This document shows, piece after piece, positions 1 through 13,812 of a stretch of 64,000 bases of DNA. Within the stretch, counting starts at the first letter, position 1. Each line of letters opens with the position of its first letter. Origin of the DNA: Stegostoma tigrinum (taxonomy: Eukaryota). The notes below the pieces were generated by a model that saw only the letters and a list, made by a program, of their open reading frames with translations, was not told where the DNA came from and searched no databases. A program made the position numbers and the translations under genes. Location: the NCBI RefSeq assembly GCF_030684315.1, contig NC_081387.1, forward strand, positions 4,506,497-4,570,496, read 5' to 3'.

Positions 1-279
1 AACTCTGAAAGATTATGTTAAGAGCATTGCCAATGCACCCTCCTACCTCCTTTAACACCTGTGGATGGAAATCATCAGGTCCTGGGAACTGTTTACAAGA
101 TGCACTGCAGAAAAGGCACCAGATTATTATATGGATAAAATTGTGCAAGGTTATGAGAAAAAAATCAGGAGTTTGGCACAAGGTAATGATGCGCATTTGA
201 TGAGATAGTACAGGCACATGGGCTGAATGGCCACCTGCATTGTAACACAAGTGTGATTCTGTGATTTGATGCAGGTAAA

Positions 280-940
280 ACCCACAATGCTGTAAGAGAG
301 GGAGTTCCAGGGTTTTGAATCAGCAATACTTAAGGAACAATTGATATATTCCCAAGTCAGGATGGTGAGTGGCTTGAGTTTGGAGAACTTGGAGGTGGTG
401 GTGCTCTGCAGCAATTGCCCTTCTAGATGGTTATTTGGAAGGTGCTGTCGATAGAGGCTTAGCGAATTTCTGTAATAAACAATATATATATTGCTGACAC
501 TACTACTGAGCATTGACGATGACGAAAATTAATGTTTGCTGATGTGGTGCCAATCAAGTGATCTACTTTGGAATGGATAGTGCCAAGTTTCTAGAATGTT
601 GTTGGAGCTGCACTTATCCAGGCAAGTGGAAAGTGTTCCATTACACTCCTGACTTGTGCCTTGTGAATGGTAGACAGGCTTTGGGAGTCAAAAGATGCGT
701 TATTTGCTGCATGATTCTCAATCTCTGACCTGCTTTTGTAGCCACAGTACTCATAGTGAGGGCAGTTCAGTTTCTGGTCAACGTAACTGCTAGAATGTTG
801 ACAGTGGGGAATTCAGTGATGGTAATATCATTGAATGTTGGGGCCGGTGGGGAGGGGGGTGGGGGCGCTTGTTGCTGCTTCGATTCCTTCTCTTTGAAGT
901 TGGACATTGCCTAGCACATGAGTAGCATGAATGTTATGTG
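280..940 (-). mobile_element. Degenerate L2-like LINE 3' fragment
   Basis: Homologous to 63270-64000 (shared 'ttcccaagtcaggatggtgagtg', 'gacaggcttt'); no intact ORF. Confidence 0.6.
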
Positions 941-942
941 CC

Positions 943-1500
943 AGGCTTGATCACTGTGTAAAGCCCTTGTTAGACGTCTCACCCAGTATGAATACGCAGG
1001 TGACTCACAAGTGTCAATGACCTTGCAAAATCTTGCTCACAGACATCACACTTGAATTGTTTCCCTTCCATGGAAATGCCTTTAACAGTGTTTGGGAGGG
1101 GATTTTTGAAGCCTAAGGAACCCTCTTTACACAATTCACAGTTGAATAATCTCTCACCAATGGGAATGAGTCAGTGATTCATGAAGCTTGACGAATGTGG
1201 GTCTGTTCACACTTGGAATCACTCACACTTCTTCCCAGCCTCACCCTGACCGATCACCCACAGCTGAACCTTCAGAAAGCTTGGTTCTGATCGAAGGCTC
1301 CACACTTCTCACCAGTTTCAGATGTGATGATAAGTCCAGGTTTTCCTGACCCGACTGATTTCAGACGGTGGTTTCACTGCCCAACCTTCTCTGTATTGAG
1401 CAATGCTGTGAAGGGACTGGATGTCTTCCCACAGTTGTGCAGTTGTTTGTTGAGTGATGGTCAGGATCTATCTGTAGTGTCCATCCTCTCTGTACTGTAT
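943..1500 (-). pseudogene. ZNF unit A: orphan truncated C2H2 exon
   Basis: From ATG 1071: MEGKQFKCDVCEQDFARSLTLVSHLRIHTG*; leader 1080-1500 homologous to the other ZF-exon leaders; shared acceptor 'ttttacag' missing; truncated by the L2 fragment. Confidence 0.8.
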
Positions 1501-1723
1501 TGTAGTGACCAGAAATATGATCTCCTCCAAAGCCTTCTCCTCCTTTGCTGAAAGGGCTGACTCCTCAGTTACAGACTGTTCCACAGTAATTGCCAGTCTG
1601 ATTTTCTTCTGTGCAGAAGGGGATCAGATGTAAGTCCTTTGTTTTTCCTCCCTTGACTGACATGCCCTCTGATTCCAGCAAGGAGACTGGATAGTGACCA
1701 GGAGCAGATAATATGGATACCCA

Positions 1724-2045
1724 GGGAGGCATGGTGGTTCATGCTACTCATGTGCTAGGCACTGTTGATTCCAGACTTGGGTCACTGCAGAGTTTGTACG
1801 TTCTCCCCAAGTCTGCGTGGGTTTGCACCAGGTTCATCGGTTCCTCCCACAATCCAAAGATGTGCAGGTTAGACGGATTGGTAATGCTAAATTGCCTCAG
1901 TGGTGTCCAGGGATGTGCAGGTTAGATGGGTGAGCTTTGCTAAATGCTTGGTTATGGTAATAAGGGTGGGCACTGGATACATTTGGATCCTCTTTTGAGG
2001 AGTGGTGCAGATGGCCTCTTTCCATTCTGTACGGATTCTGTGACA
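1724..2045 (+). mobile_element. Degenerate HE1-type V-SINE
   Basis: V-domain-like 'ttcctcccacaatccaaagatgtgcaggttag'; homologous to 11984-12286. Confidence 0.75.
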
Positions 2046-2438
2046 TTTCTTTCCTCTACTCTGACCTCCATTTTACCTAACATCGTGAGGGCAACAGAAA
2101 AGACAGTAGAATGGATGAACAATGAGCTTGACTTGTGTTGCCTTGAATGAGTTTTCCATTCAGATTTTCGGATTCATGATTCAGATTCAGAACTGGGAAA
2201 AGAGGGGGCTCCAGGCACAGTGCATCTAGTGGTAGGAGGGTACACTGCAGCAAAGTCTCATTGAGGAATAACAGGGATTTTCAGATGATCAATGGTTATC
2301 CGACACACTTTTTTCCATCAGTTCACTTTTCCTTACCTCAGATACTTTACCACCTTTCACAGTTTCAGGAACCCAGACACAAAGGCAATACTAACACGTG
2401 CATTGTTACCATCTTAAATCAAATCAAACTTTCAGGCT

Positions 2439-2621
2439 TAGCAGGAACTGCAGATGCTGGAGAATCTCAGATTACATGGTGTAGAGCTGGATGAACACAT
2501 CAGGCCAAGCAGCATCTTAGGAGCAGTAAAGCTGACGCGGTACAGGCCCGAAACGTCAACTTTCCTGCTCCTGTGATGCTGCTTGGCCTGCTGTGTTCAT
2601 CCAGCTCTACACCTTGTTATC
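2439..2621. mobile_element. Fold-back PLE-derived mini-element
   Basis: Inverted arms of the PLE terminal repeat; TSD tcaaactttcag at 2424-2435 and 2622-2633. Confidence 0.8.
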
Positions 2622-2744
2622 TCAAACTTTCAGACTGCCTATTTACACAGAAAATAGGACTCTGTAAATAACCTTGGAACGGAACAACAAGAAAACCGTT
2701 GTAAGTCATCGTTGACTCTGGCTTTGTTGTATACTTGTGTGTGA

Positions 2745-2923
2745 TTCAGACAAGTTGTATGTTCAGATCTCACTCCAGAGACTTGAACACTGAGGCTGCA
2801 CTGAGGGAGTCCTGCACAGATACCATTTTTCAGTTTGGTTAAAGCAAAGGTGTTGTTATCTGCTTAAATGCATGTAAAAGATGCCAATGCTTTAATGTTG
2901 CAGAAGAGCAGGGCAGAGAGTAA
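2745..2923 (+). mobile_element. Decayed Deu-domain SINE
   Basis: 'cactccagagacttgaacac...ctgagggagtcctgcac...gtaaaagatgccaatg...gaagagcaggg' resembles the DeuSINE core as recalled. Confidence 0.5.
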
Positions 2924-4310
2924 GAGATAACAAAGTGTAGAACTGGATGAAGACAGCAGGCCAAGCAGCATCTTAGGAGCAGAAAAGCTGATGTTTCGGG
3001 CCTAGACCCTTCATCAAAAATGGGGGAGGGGGAAAGGGTTCTGAAATTAATAGGGGGAGGCGGATCGAAGATGGATAGAGGAGAAGATAGGTGGAGAGGA
3101 GACAGACAAGTTAAAGAGGTGGGGATGGAGCTAGTAGAGGTGAGTGTAGGTGGGGACGTAGGGAGGGGATAGGTCAGTTCGGGGAGGACAGACAGGTCAA
3201 GGGGGTGGGATGAAGTTAGTAGGTAGGAAATGGTGGTGCGGCTTGAGGTAGGAGGAGGGGATAGGTGAGAGAAAGAACAGGTTAGGGAGGCAGGAGCAGG
3301 CTGGGCTGGCTTTGGGATGCAATCCCCAAGCCTCCGCTTGGTTTCCCCAATGTGCCCACAACCGTGTCTCCCACATTTCCCGCTACTCATCCCTCATACC
3401 CCATCCCCGCAATAACACCAAAAGAGAATCCCACCACACCCGGCCCTTTTCCCTGCAACCACAGGAAGTGCTACACCTGCCCCACACCTTCTCCCTCACC
3501 CCCATCCCAGGCCTCAAGAAGACTTTCCACATCAAACAGAGGTTCACCTGCACATCTGCTAATGTGATATACTGCGTCCGCTGTTCCCGTTGTGGCCTCC
3601 TCTACATCGGGGAAACCAACGGAGGCTTGGGGACCGCTTTGCAGAACACCTACGCTCGGTTCGCAATAAACAACTGCACCTCCCAGTTGCAAACCATTTC
3701 AACTCCCCCTCCCATTCCGCAGACGACCTGTCCATCCTGGGCCTCCTGCAGTGCCACAATGATGCCAACCGAAGGTTGCAGGAATAGCAACTCATATTCC
3801 GCCCATGAAACCCTGCAGCCCAATGGTATCAATGTGGATTTCACAAGCTTCAAAATCTCCCCTCCTCCAACTGCATCCCAAAACCAGCCCAGCTCATCCC
3901 CGCCTCCCTAACCTGTTCATCCTCTCACCTATCCCCTCCTCCCACCTCAAGCCGCACCACCATTTCCTACCTGCTAACCTCATCCCACACCCTTGACCTG
4001 TCCGTCCTCCCTGGACTGACCTATCCCCTCCCTACCTCCCCAACTATCCTCACCTCTGCTGGCTCCATCACCGCCTCCTTACTTGTCTGTCTCCTCTCCA
4101 CCTATCTTCTCCTCTATCCATCTTCAATCCGCCTCCCCCTCTCTCCCTATTTATTTCAGAACCCTTTCCCCCTCCCCCATTTCTGATGAAGGGTCTAGGC
4201 CCGAAACGTCAGCTTTTCTGCTCCTAAGATGCTGCTTGTCCTGCTGTGTTCATCCAGCTCCACATTTTGTTATCTCAGATTCTCCAGCATCTGCAGTTCC
4301 TTTTATCTCT
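2924..4310 (+). mobile_element. 5'-truncated Penelope-like element with inverted terminal repeat
   Basis: GIY-YIG remnant (CYTC...NVIYCVRCSRCGLLYIGET); 2924-~3320 is the inverted copy of the 3' repeat; 14-bp TSD agggcagagagtaa at 2910-2923 and 4311-4324. Confidence 0.9.
4183..4210 (+). ncRNA. Minimal hammerhead ribozyme in PLE terminal repeat
   Basis: CTGATGA-a-gggt(ctag)gccc-GAAA-cGTC: intact core, helix II and GUC triplet; helix I very short. Confidence 0.75.
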
Positions 4311-4824
4311 AGGGCAGAGAGTAATGTGGAGCTTATAATCAATGTCAATAAAAGAGATTATTTGACAATAATCGCACTGCTTTTAGATGCCCTGAAACCC
4401 GAAAAGGTGGTGCACACATAAATCACACTTCCTTGGGAAAATGTAATGTCTTCTGTGAACTGAAAATAATTAACCCATTGATGGAGAAAGTATCCCAGCT
4501 CACACAGAAGTATCCCAGCTCACACAGACATTGAACAGTGTATTTACAGGACACTGACAGTAGAATCCTGAGTATTTCACTGTGCTGACAAGTCGTGTCA
4601 TTTAGGATAGATAAAGAAATTAATTTATTGGGAGTTATGAATCTGTATCAACCTAACAGTCAGCTTACATCAGACTTTGAACAAATCAAAATGACATACC
4701 ACACCATTATTACACCAAGGTATCATAGGCTGAGGGAACACAGGTCTGTAGAGACTCACCACCACCACTCCCTCTTTCCCCGACAAATAACCTGATCTCA
4801 ATGTGTCACACCGGAATACAGTGG

Positions 4825-5302
4825 GCTTCACCAGCTTCAAAATCTCCCCTTCCCCCACCGCATCTCAGAACCAGCCCAGTTCATCCCCTCCCCCCACTGC
4901 ACCACACAACCAGCCCAGCTCTTCCCCTCCACCCACTGCATCCCAAAACCAGTCCAACCTGTCTCTGCCTCCCTAACCTGTTCTTCCTCTCACCCATCCC
5001 TTCCTCCCACCCCAAGCCGCACCTCCATTTCCTACCTACTAACCTCATCCCACCTCCTTGACCTGTCCGTCTTCCCTGGACTGACCTATCCCCTCCCTAC
5101 CTCCCCACCTATACTCTCCTCTCCACCTATCTTCTTTTCTCTCCATCTTCGGTCCGCCTCCCCCTCTCTCCCTATTTATTCCAGTTCCCTCACCCCATCC
5201 CCCTCTCTGATGAAGGGTCTAGGCCCGAAACGTCAGCTTTTGTGCTCCTGAGATGCTGCTTGGCCTGCTGTGTTCATCCAGCTTCACACTTTATTATCTT
5301 GG
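4825..5302 (+). mobile_element. PLE terminal-repeat fragment
   Basis: Near-identical to the reverse complement of ~60465-60935, including short internal tandem subrepeats. Confidence 0.85.
5207..5234 (+). ncRNA. Minimal hammerhead ribozyme
   Basis: ctgatgaagggtctaggcccgaaacgtc, identical to 4183-4210. Confidence 0.75.
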
Positions 5303-5729
5303 GTCTACCCAACCTCACTTCATAGCTAAAGTTGCCCAGAGCAGGTAACATCCCGATAAACATATATCAACACTGAAATAAAAACCCAGTCTTTCTCATG
5401 CAATTTTCGATCACACCAATTGTTAATCATAATTCAGTCAAGGTTCATTCATTACATTTACTTTCACCTGTTTCATTGATGTTAAAATGACTTTCTTGAT
5501 GTGGTTAGTAAATGACATGAATGAAGTATGGAACTGGTTGTTGGACTAAAACTCTAATAGCTCCAGGCCTACATATCACACTGGAAGGGTTTGTCTCCCA
5601 TATTGGTTCATTGATATTCCAGGAGGTCTGGGAATTATGTGAAAGCTTTTGTCTAGAATTTAAACTGACAGGGTTATTCCATTTGTGAGTGTGTTGCTGG
5701 ATCCAGAGATACAAAGTGCCTGTGTGGAA

Positions 5730-7300
5730 ACCTTGTCATTCACTTCACACCCAAATAGTTTCTCTCTGTGGATGCGCTGGTACATTAGGAGATCAGGACA
5801 GTGGGTGAAAGTCTCGTCATAATACTGAATATGAACAGTTATTCCATTGTGTGGATTCTCTTGTGTCGCAGGAAGCCTGATGATGTTAAGAATGACTTGT
5901 AACAAACCTCACACTGGAATGGTTTCTCCCTTGTGTGAATACGTTCATGTTTACGGAGATCTGATGAATGTGAGAATGATTTCTCACAAACATCCAACGT
6001 AAATAGTCTCTCCCCCCTGTGTATACTCTGATGGACCCGGAGCTGCATTGATTGTGTTAATGATTTGTTGCATGTCTTACACTTGAATGGTTACTCCCCT
6101 GTGTGAATGCGTTAGTGTATGCGGAGATTTGACAATGTTGAGAATGAATTCTTACAAATTAAGCACCTGAATGGTTTCTCCCCTGTATGAATGCGTTCAT
6201 GTTTACGGAGATCAGACACTGAAGAAAATGATCTGTCACACATCTCACACGTGAATGGTTTCTCCCCAGTGTGAATACGTTGGTGTTTACGGAGATCTGA
6301 TGGTGATAAGAACGATTTGTTGCACTGCTCACACCTGAATGCTTTCTGCCCAGTGTGAATACGTTGATGTTTGCGAAGATCTGATGACATCGAGAATGAT
6401 TTGTTGCACACCTTGCAAGTGAATGGTTTCTCCCCTGTGTGAACATGTTGGTGTGCACGGAGGTGTGATAATGTATAGAATGATTTGTCACACCCATCAC
6501 ATGTGAATGGTTTCTCTGCTGCATGAATGCGTTGGTCTGCACAGAGGTATTGTAATGTTAAGAATGATTTATCGCACACCTCACATGTAAATGATTTATC
6601 TCCTATGTGAACACGTTGGTGCATACGGAGGTTTGTTAATGTTGAGAAAGATTTATTGCACACCTCACATGTGAATGGCTTCTCCAATATGTGAATGGAC
6701 CTGTGTTTTACCAGGCCTGATAATTGGGAAAAGCCCTTTTTGCACACCTCACATTCAAACAGCTTCTCTCCTGTGTGGACACGTCAATGAGTTTCAAATC
6801 TGGATGGATGTGCAAAGGCTCGATTACACACCTCACACTTAATTGGTTTATCTCCCATGTAGCCGCTCTCTGTTAACAGATGCACTTTGAGAGAGAGGGT
6901 ACCTTAAAGAGCTCTGCTCACATACCTCACACTTGAATGACTTCTTCCCTGTAGGAATGAGTCAGCGGTTCACGAGTCTTGATGAATGATTGAAGCTCAT
7001 ACTACACTGGGAGAAACTCACACTTCTTCCAAGTTTCACCCTGACCAATCAGTTACAGGCGAACCTTCAGAAAGGCTGGTTCCAGTGGAACTGCTGACCA
7101 ATTTCAGATCTGATGATATGTCAAAGCTCCCCTGACTCGACTGATTTTCAGATGATGGTTTCGCTGCCGAACCTTCTCTGTGTTGAGCAATGCTGTGAAG
7201 GGCCTGGATATCTTCCCACAGTTGTGCAGTTGTTCCTTTGGTGATGATCAGGATCTATTTGAGATGTCTGTATTCTCTGGTGTTGTACAGTGCAATCCTT
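5730..7300 (-). pseudogene. ZNF unit B: C2H2 array with in-frame stops
   Basis: Acceptor ttttacag at 7301-7302; ATG 6858 (MGDKPIKCEVC); TGA at 6784-6786, TAA at 6112-6114 and ~6091; ORFs 6112-6747 and 5839-6048 are tandem fingers. Confidence 0.85.
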
Positions 7301-9651
7301 CTGTAAAACAGGGAAAGGAAACTTTGATGGCTGTAATTCTTACTCCTCAATTGATTAAATGAACTCCTCAGTGTTTTTTTGTTTATCTTTGCACAGCCAA
7401 CATTTACTGCCCATTCCTAATTGCATTGAGAAGGGTGTAGTGATCCATCTTCTTGAAATGCTGAAGTCAATGTGGATATTGTCCACCTTTCATGCTGCTG
7501 AGGTGCTGGGGTAGTAAGTGGGTAAGGGCTGTTCAAGGATATTGACCCAGTGACAATGAAGCAATATTAATATAGTCCTAACTCAAGAGAGTGCATGGCT
7601 TGAGGGGAACCTCAAAGTGTCTCATGTATCTTTTGCCCTCATCCTTGTAGAGTTGGTGGCTGTGGATTTATAAGTTGCTTTCAAAGCAGTGATGGCCTGC
7701 TGCAGTGTGTCTTACAGATGGGTCACATTGCTGCCAGTGTTTTGAGGGCGGAGAAAGTTGATGTTCAAGGTTTTGAGAAGGTGTCAAACTTTCTGTTCAG
7801 TAAAAGGCTGTTCCACAATTTGCTATTCCCCTGTGAGAGAATATTAGATGCAATCTCTTTATTTTTCCTCACTTGAATGTTCCTGTTTCCTGCGGGGATA
7901 CTGGATAGTGATCAGGAGGAGACAATGTGGCAACTTTCTTGCCTGCATCAAGACACTCATCTTCCCAAGCACCATGGTGGCAATGGTTAGCATTGGGTAG
8001 AACATAAATCGGGCAACCAAATCACCATGAGATCGTGGAAAGTTGGTGAAAACCTGGTTTATCCTTAGAGTAAGCCTTCAACGTTTCAAAAATCAAAGAG
8101 ATATGTTTATTCAATGGAGATTTTAAGATTTCTCCACACGTTTTCCGAAGCTATTTGAAGAAAGCATACTGAGCAGAAAGTAGTGCTAGTAGCTGAGTAA
8201 AATACTGCTTTCTTGTGGCTGCTAAAGGCTTTATCCTGGGAAATTAGATACACTGCGCTCACATAGACTGTAAATCCCAAGTTCAGCTATCAGCCACAGC
8301 AACTGAGCAAAACTGTCAAAAACCTTTTGGAAAGGCTGAGGCCTTCAGGTAATGTCTTTTAAAATGGCATTTGATGGTCCTGTGTCTTTAAGAGACATCT
8401 GTTCGGCGCTGTTTCTCTTGCAGAGGGGATTATCGCAGTGCTACTGGAATGTCTCCTTCAGGCAGACAATTGGTAAACAGAGTTCTCTCTGGGTGTTTTG
8501 TTTTAAAATGAGTCAAAAGAATCATGAGTGAGCAGGATCAGGACTCACGCAGACCCAGGGAGGCATTTAGTTTTGCTTTCTGCAAACTGCTGAGCTAAAA
8601 ACTTGAGTTCTCTGCTGCTAGAATCTTAGACAGCGAGGTTCCTCCAAAAAATCAAAATGTCCATAGAATTACAGTGAGAAATGGGTTATTTGTCCAAATG
8701 ATCCCTTTAGTGTTTATGCTTCAAATGAACCTCTCTCGTCCCAATTCCTCTCACCATAAAAGTATATCCTTCTGTTCCTTTCTCCCTCTTCTGTTTATCC
8801 AGTTTCCCTTTAAAGTCATCTCTCCTGTTCACCTTAACCACTCCAAGTTGTGAGTGTGAATTTAATTCATTTTTGAATTTGTGAAATAGAATCAAAGTAA
8901 AAACATGAAAACATTCAGCTCGGCATAAAACTCTGACTATTATTCCTCATGGAAGAGAACCCATGACAAATGCCTGGTCTGTTCTGTATGTGACTCCAGT
9001 CTCACAACATGACTGACACCAAACTGCCTTCTGAAGTGGTCAGCAAATAATGATAAACAATCACATCAAAGTCCATTAGTAAGAAAAAACTTGGAGATAG
9101 CGGGACAATCCTGACATTGTGTCAGAATAAGATGAAAGTGATCTCAGTATAGATTTCGCTGGGAAGTTTGTCTTAACAAGGTTCGAGGACAAGTCTCCAA
9201 GTGAGGAGAGCTGCCCCACAACCGGTCAAGTAATAGTGATACTCACCAAAACATATCAATCTAGAAATATTCCAGGGGAATCCCATTAGCAGGTGGGGAA
9301 GTACTCAATATTGACTCCACTGACTCTCACTGGTTAAGGTCAAACAAGTTCTAGACAACTACCATTTCCTCCCAACTAATCAATGAGTAATCTATCATCA
9401 TGAGGGAAACAGACATGTAGGGACTAGGGAAATGGACAGATTCCAAAACAGATCCACAAATCATGAGGTACAATGAGCCATCAGCAGCAGCAGGATTGTA
9501 TTCCACCAAAATCTCAATAGCCCTCATTCCATGGTTATCATCAAACCAGTGGATAGACATGTCAGAAGCAACACTGAGGATACTTTAGAGTCCGGTTTGA
9601 ACCTAACAAATGTACTACAGAAAAATATATGTGAGCTAAAGACCAAGAGTA

Positions 9652-12600
9652 GCATAAGAACATAAGAACTAGGAGCAGGAGTAGGCCATCTGGCCCCTCA
9701 AGCTTGCCCTGCCATTTAATAAGATCATGGCTGATCTTTTTGAGACTGAGCTCCACTTACCCGACCACTCACTGTTACCCTTAATTCTTCTACTGTTCAA
9801 AAATTTATCTAACCTTGCCTTAAAAACATTCAGTGAGGTAGCTTCAACTGCTTCACTGGGCAGGGAATTCCACAGATTGACAACCCTTTGGGTGAAGAAG
9901 TTCCTCCAGACCTCAGTTCTACATCTGTGTCCCTTTATTTTGAGGCAATGCCCTCTAGTTCTAGTTTCACCTGCTAGCGGAAACAACCTCCCTGCGTCCA
10001 CCTTATCTATTCCCTTCATAATCTTATATGTTTCTATAAGATCTCCCCTCATTCTTCTGAATTCCAATGAGTATAATCCCAGTCTACTCAGTGTCTCCTC
10101 ATAATCCAACCCTCTCAACTCTGGAATCAACTGAGTGAATATCCTCTGCACCCCTTCCAGTGCTAGTATATCTCTTCTCAAGTAAGGAGACCAAAACTGC
10201 ACACAGTTTTCTGGATGTGGCCTCACCAGGACCCTATACAGCTGCAGCATAGCCTCCCTATTTTTAAAATCCATCCCTCTGGAATGGCAGACAAAATTCC
10301 ATTTGCCTTTTTAATTACCTGCTGCACCTGCAATCCTACTTTTAGCGATTCATGCACAAGGACACTCAAGACCCTCTGCACAGCAGCGTGCTGCAATTTT
10401 TTACCATTTAAAGCATAGTCCATTTTCCTGTTATTCCTACAAAACTGGATGACCTCACACTAATTAACATTGTACTCCATCTGCCAGACCTTTGCCCACT
10501 CACTTAGACTATCTATATCCCTCTGCAGACTTCCAGTGTCTTCTGCACACTTTGCTCTACCATTTACCTTAGTGCCATCTGCAAATTTTGACACACCACA
10601 CTTAGTCCCCAACTCCAAATCATCTGTGTAAATTGTAAACAATTGTGGTCCTAACACTGATCCCTGAGGCACACCACTAGCCACTGACCGCCAACCAGAA
10701 AAACTCCCATTCACCCCTACTCTTTGCTTACTACAGGTCAACCAATCTTCTATCCATGCCAATACATTACCTGTAATTTCATGGAACTTTATCTCATTTA
10801 GCAGCCTTTGGTGTGGCACCTTGTCAAATGCCTTCTAGAAATCCAGATACACCACATCCGCAGGTTCCCCACTATCCACCATGCAATTTCCTCAAAGAAT
10901 TCCACCAAATTAGTTAAACATGACCTATCCTTCATGAACCCATGTTGGGTGTTCCCAGTGGGACAATTTATATCCAGATGTCTTGCTATTTCTTCCTTAA
11001 TGATAGATTCAAGCATTTTCCCCACTACTGAAGTTAGGCTAACTTGCCTCTCGTTACCTACTTTTTGCCTGCTTCCTTTTTTTAAACAGTGGCGTCACAT
11101 TGGCTGTTTTCCAATCTGCGGGAACCACCCCAGAGTCCAGTGAATTTTGGTAAATAATTACTAGTGCATTTGCTATTTCGCCCATCACCTCTTTTAGTAC
11201 CGTGGGATGCATTTCATCACAGCCAGGAGACTTGTCCAACTTTAGCCCCATTAGCTTGCCCAGCATTGCCTCCTCAGTGATAATGATAGTTTCTAGGTCC
11301 TCACCTGCTATAACCTTCTTGCCATTAGCTTTCGGCAGTTATTTGTGTCTTCCACTGTGAAGACCGACACAAAATAACTGTTTAATGTCACGGCTATTTC
11401 CTCATTCCCAGTTATTAAATTGGTCTTCTCATCCCCTAAAGGACCAATGTTTACCTTTGCCACTCTTCCACAATTTACATATTTATAGAAACTTTTGCTG
11501 CCTAATTTTATATTCTGAGCTAGTTTACTCCCATAATCTGTCTTACTTTTCTTTATAACTTTTTTTGTGGCTTTCTGTTGGCCTTTAAAGATTTCCCAGT
11601 CTATTAGTTTCCCACTACTCTTTGCTTTTTTGTATGTGTTTTTTTTCAATCTGATACTTTCCTTTAATTCGTTAGACATCCATGGCTGGCTCTCTCTTTT
11701 CCTACAGTTCTTCCTTATCACTGGAATATACTTCTGCTGAGCACTGTGAAAAATCGTTTTGAAAGTCCTCCACTGTTCCTCAATTGACCCACCATAAAAT
11801 TTTTGCTCCCACTCTACCTTAGCTAACTCCTCCCTCATTCCTTCATTGTCTCCTTTGTTTAAGCACAGGACATAGGTACTGGAACCTTCTCATGCTCCAG
11901 CTGTATTTTAAATTCGATCATATTGTAATCACTCCTTCCGACAGGATCCTTAACTATGAGATCATTAATTATTCCTGTCTCATTAGATTCCCTACAGTGT
12001 GGAAACAGGCCATTCGGCCCAATAAGCCCAGACCGCCCCTTGATGCATCCCACCCAGACCCATCCCCCCATAACCCATACACCCCTGAACACGATGGGCA
12101 ATTTAGCATGTCCAATCCACCTAGCCTGCACATCTTTGGACTGTGGGAGGAAACCGGAGCACCTGGAGGAAACCCATACAGACACGGGGAGAATGTGCAA
12201 ACTCCACACAGACAGTTGTCCAAGGCTGGAATTGAATCCGGGTCCCTGGTGCTGTGAGGCTGCAGTGCTAACCACTGAGCCACCGGGCGAGATCGAGGAT
12301 AGCTTGCTCCCTCGCAGGTTCCATTACATATTGTTCAAGGAAATTATCGCAGATGCATTCTATGAACCCCTCCTCAAGACTGCCATGACCAACCAGATTT
12401 GGCCAATCAATATATAGATTAAAATCCCCCATGATAATTGCTGTACCATTTTTACATGCATTATCTATTTCTATGTTTATTGCCTGCCCCATCACGATGT
12501 CATTATTTGGTGGCCTATAGACCACACCTATCAATGGATTCAGCGTTTTGTTCAGTAATACCTGTCTCATCTCTCACGACCGACCTGATATCATCTTAAA

Positions 12601-13812
12601 AATCAGAGTACACCACCTCCCTTACCTTCCTGTCCGTCCTTCCAAACAGTTTGATACCCCTGGATATTTAACTCCCAGTCATGACCATCCTGTAACCATG
12701 TCTCTGTAATGGCCACTAAATTATACCCATTTGCTATGATTTGTGCTGTCAACTCATCCACCTTGTTTCGAATGCTCTGAGTGTTCAGATAAAGTGCCCT
12801 TATGCCAGTTTTTGCACCTTCTTTTTGGGTCCTATTACCTCCATTACTAACAGCTCTGGAGTTCTCCTTCCCTTTAACATATTTTTCCTAATTTTTAATG
12901 GAGTTGAAGTTTCTGCAAACTTGCTGCTTTGCCTTACATTAATTGTTATTCTCCCTCTATGCTCACTTCTCCCTTTCCCGCTACTTACTAGTTTAAAATC
13001 CTATTATCCACCCCATTTACCCTTTTTGCCAGAACACTGGACCCGACCCTATTCAGGTGAAGTCCATCCCAGCAGTATAGCTCCCTCCTGTCCCAGAACT
13101 GATGCCAGTGCCCCACAGAAAGGAAACCCTCTTACCCACACCACTTTTTCAGCCACGTGTTTACTTCCCTGATCCTTGCCTCCCTATGCCAATTTGCACG
13201 TGGCTCGGGCAGCAATCCAGAGATTATGACCCTTGAAGACCTGTTTTTTAATTTTGTTCCTAGCTTTTCATAATCCCGAAACAGGTCTTTTTTCCTAGTC
13301 CTGCCTATGTTGCTGGTACCTACGTGGACCACAAAAACTGGATTCTCCCCCTCCCCTCTCAAGTATCCTCTCAAGCCAGTCAGAGATGTCTTGCACCCTG
13401 GCACCAGGCAGGCAGCACACCATGCGGGATTCTGTATGCTGCTTGCAAAGGATACTGTCTATTCTCCTGATAATGGAATCCCCTACAAATATAATCTGTC
13501 TTTTTGCTCCCCGCTATTGAATGGCCTCCTGGACCATGGTGCCATGGTCAGTTGACTCATCCTTCCTGCAGCCCTGTTCCTCATCCACGCAGAGACTAAG
13601 TGCCTCATACCTATGGGACAATGTCAAGGGTTGCAGCTCCTGTGTTCCTGAGTGCAGGGTCCCTCTAGCTGCCTCACTTGCAGTCACACATTGCTGTCCC
13701 TGCTGCCGACTGAATTAACATCAGCTAAGCTACCAGGTGTGACTGCCTCCTGGAATTTCTCCCGCTCCTGGATGTGCTGCAGTGTTTGGACTTAGGATTC
13801 CAGCTCACTCCA
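9652..13812 (-). mobile_element. Near full-length degenerate CR1 LINE
   Basis: ORF1 SGNH esterase (VHVGTSN...VIISGLLP, 13132-13404), APE endonuclease (GVVYRPP...IMGDFN), RT (GVPQGSVLGP, FADG), (ttcttatg)n tail; frameshifted. Confidence 0.93.
11984..12286 (-). mobile_element. HE1-type V-SINE nested in CR1
   Basis: tRNA-like A/B boxes (ggtggctcagtgg, gattcaattcc) plus V-domain 'ggtgctccggtttcctcccacagtccaaagatgtg'. Confidence 0.88.

Noticed and set aside
4488-4527. 20-bp direct repeat
   Set aside because: Simple adjacent tandem duplication with nothing between the copies
12215-12286. tRNA gene
   Set aside because: tRNA-like head of a V-SINE, continuous with SINE body
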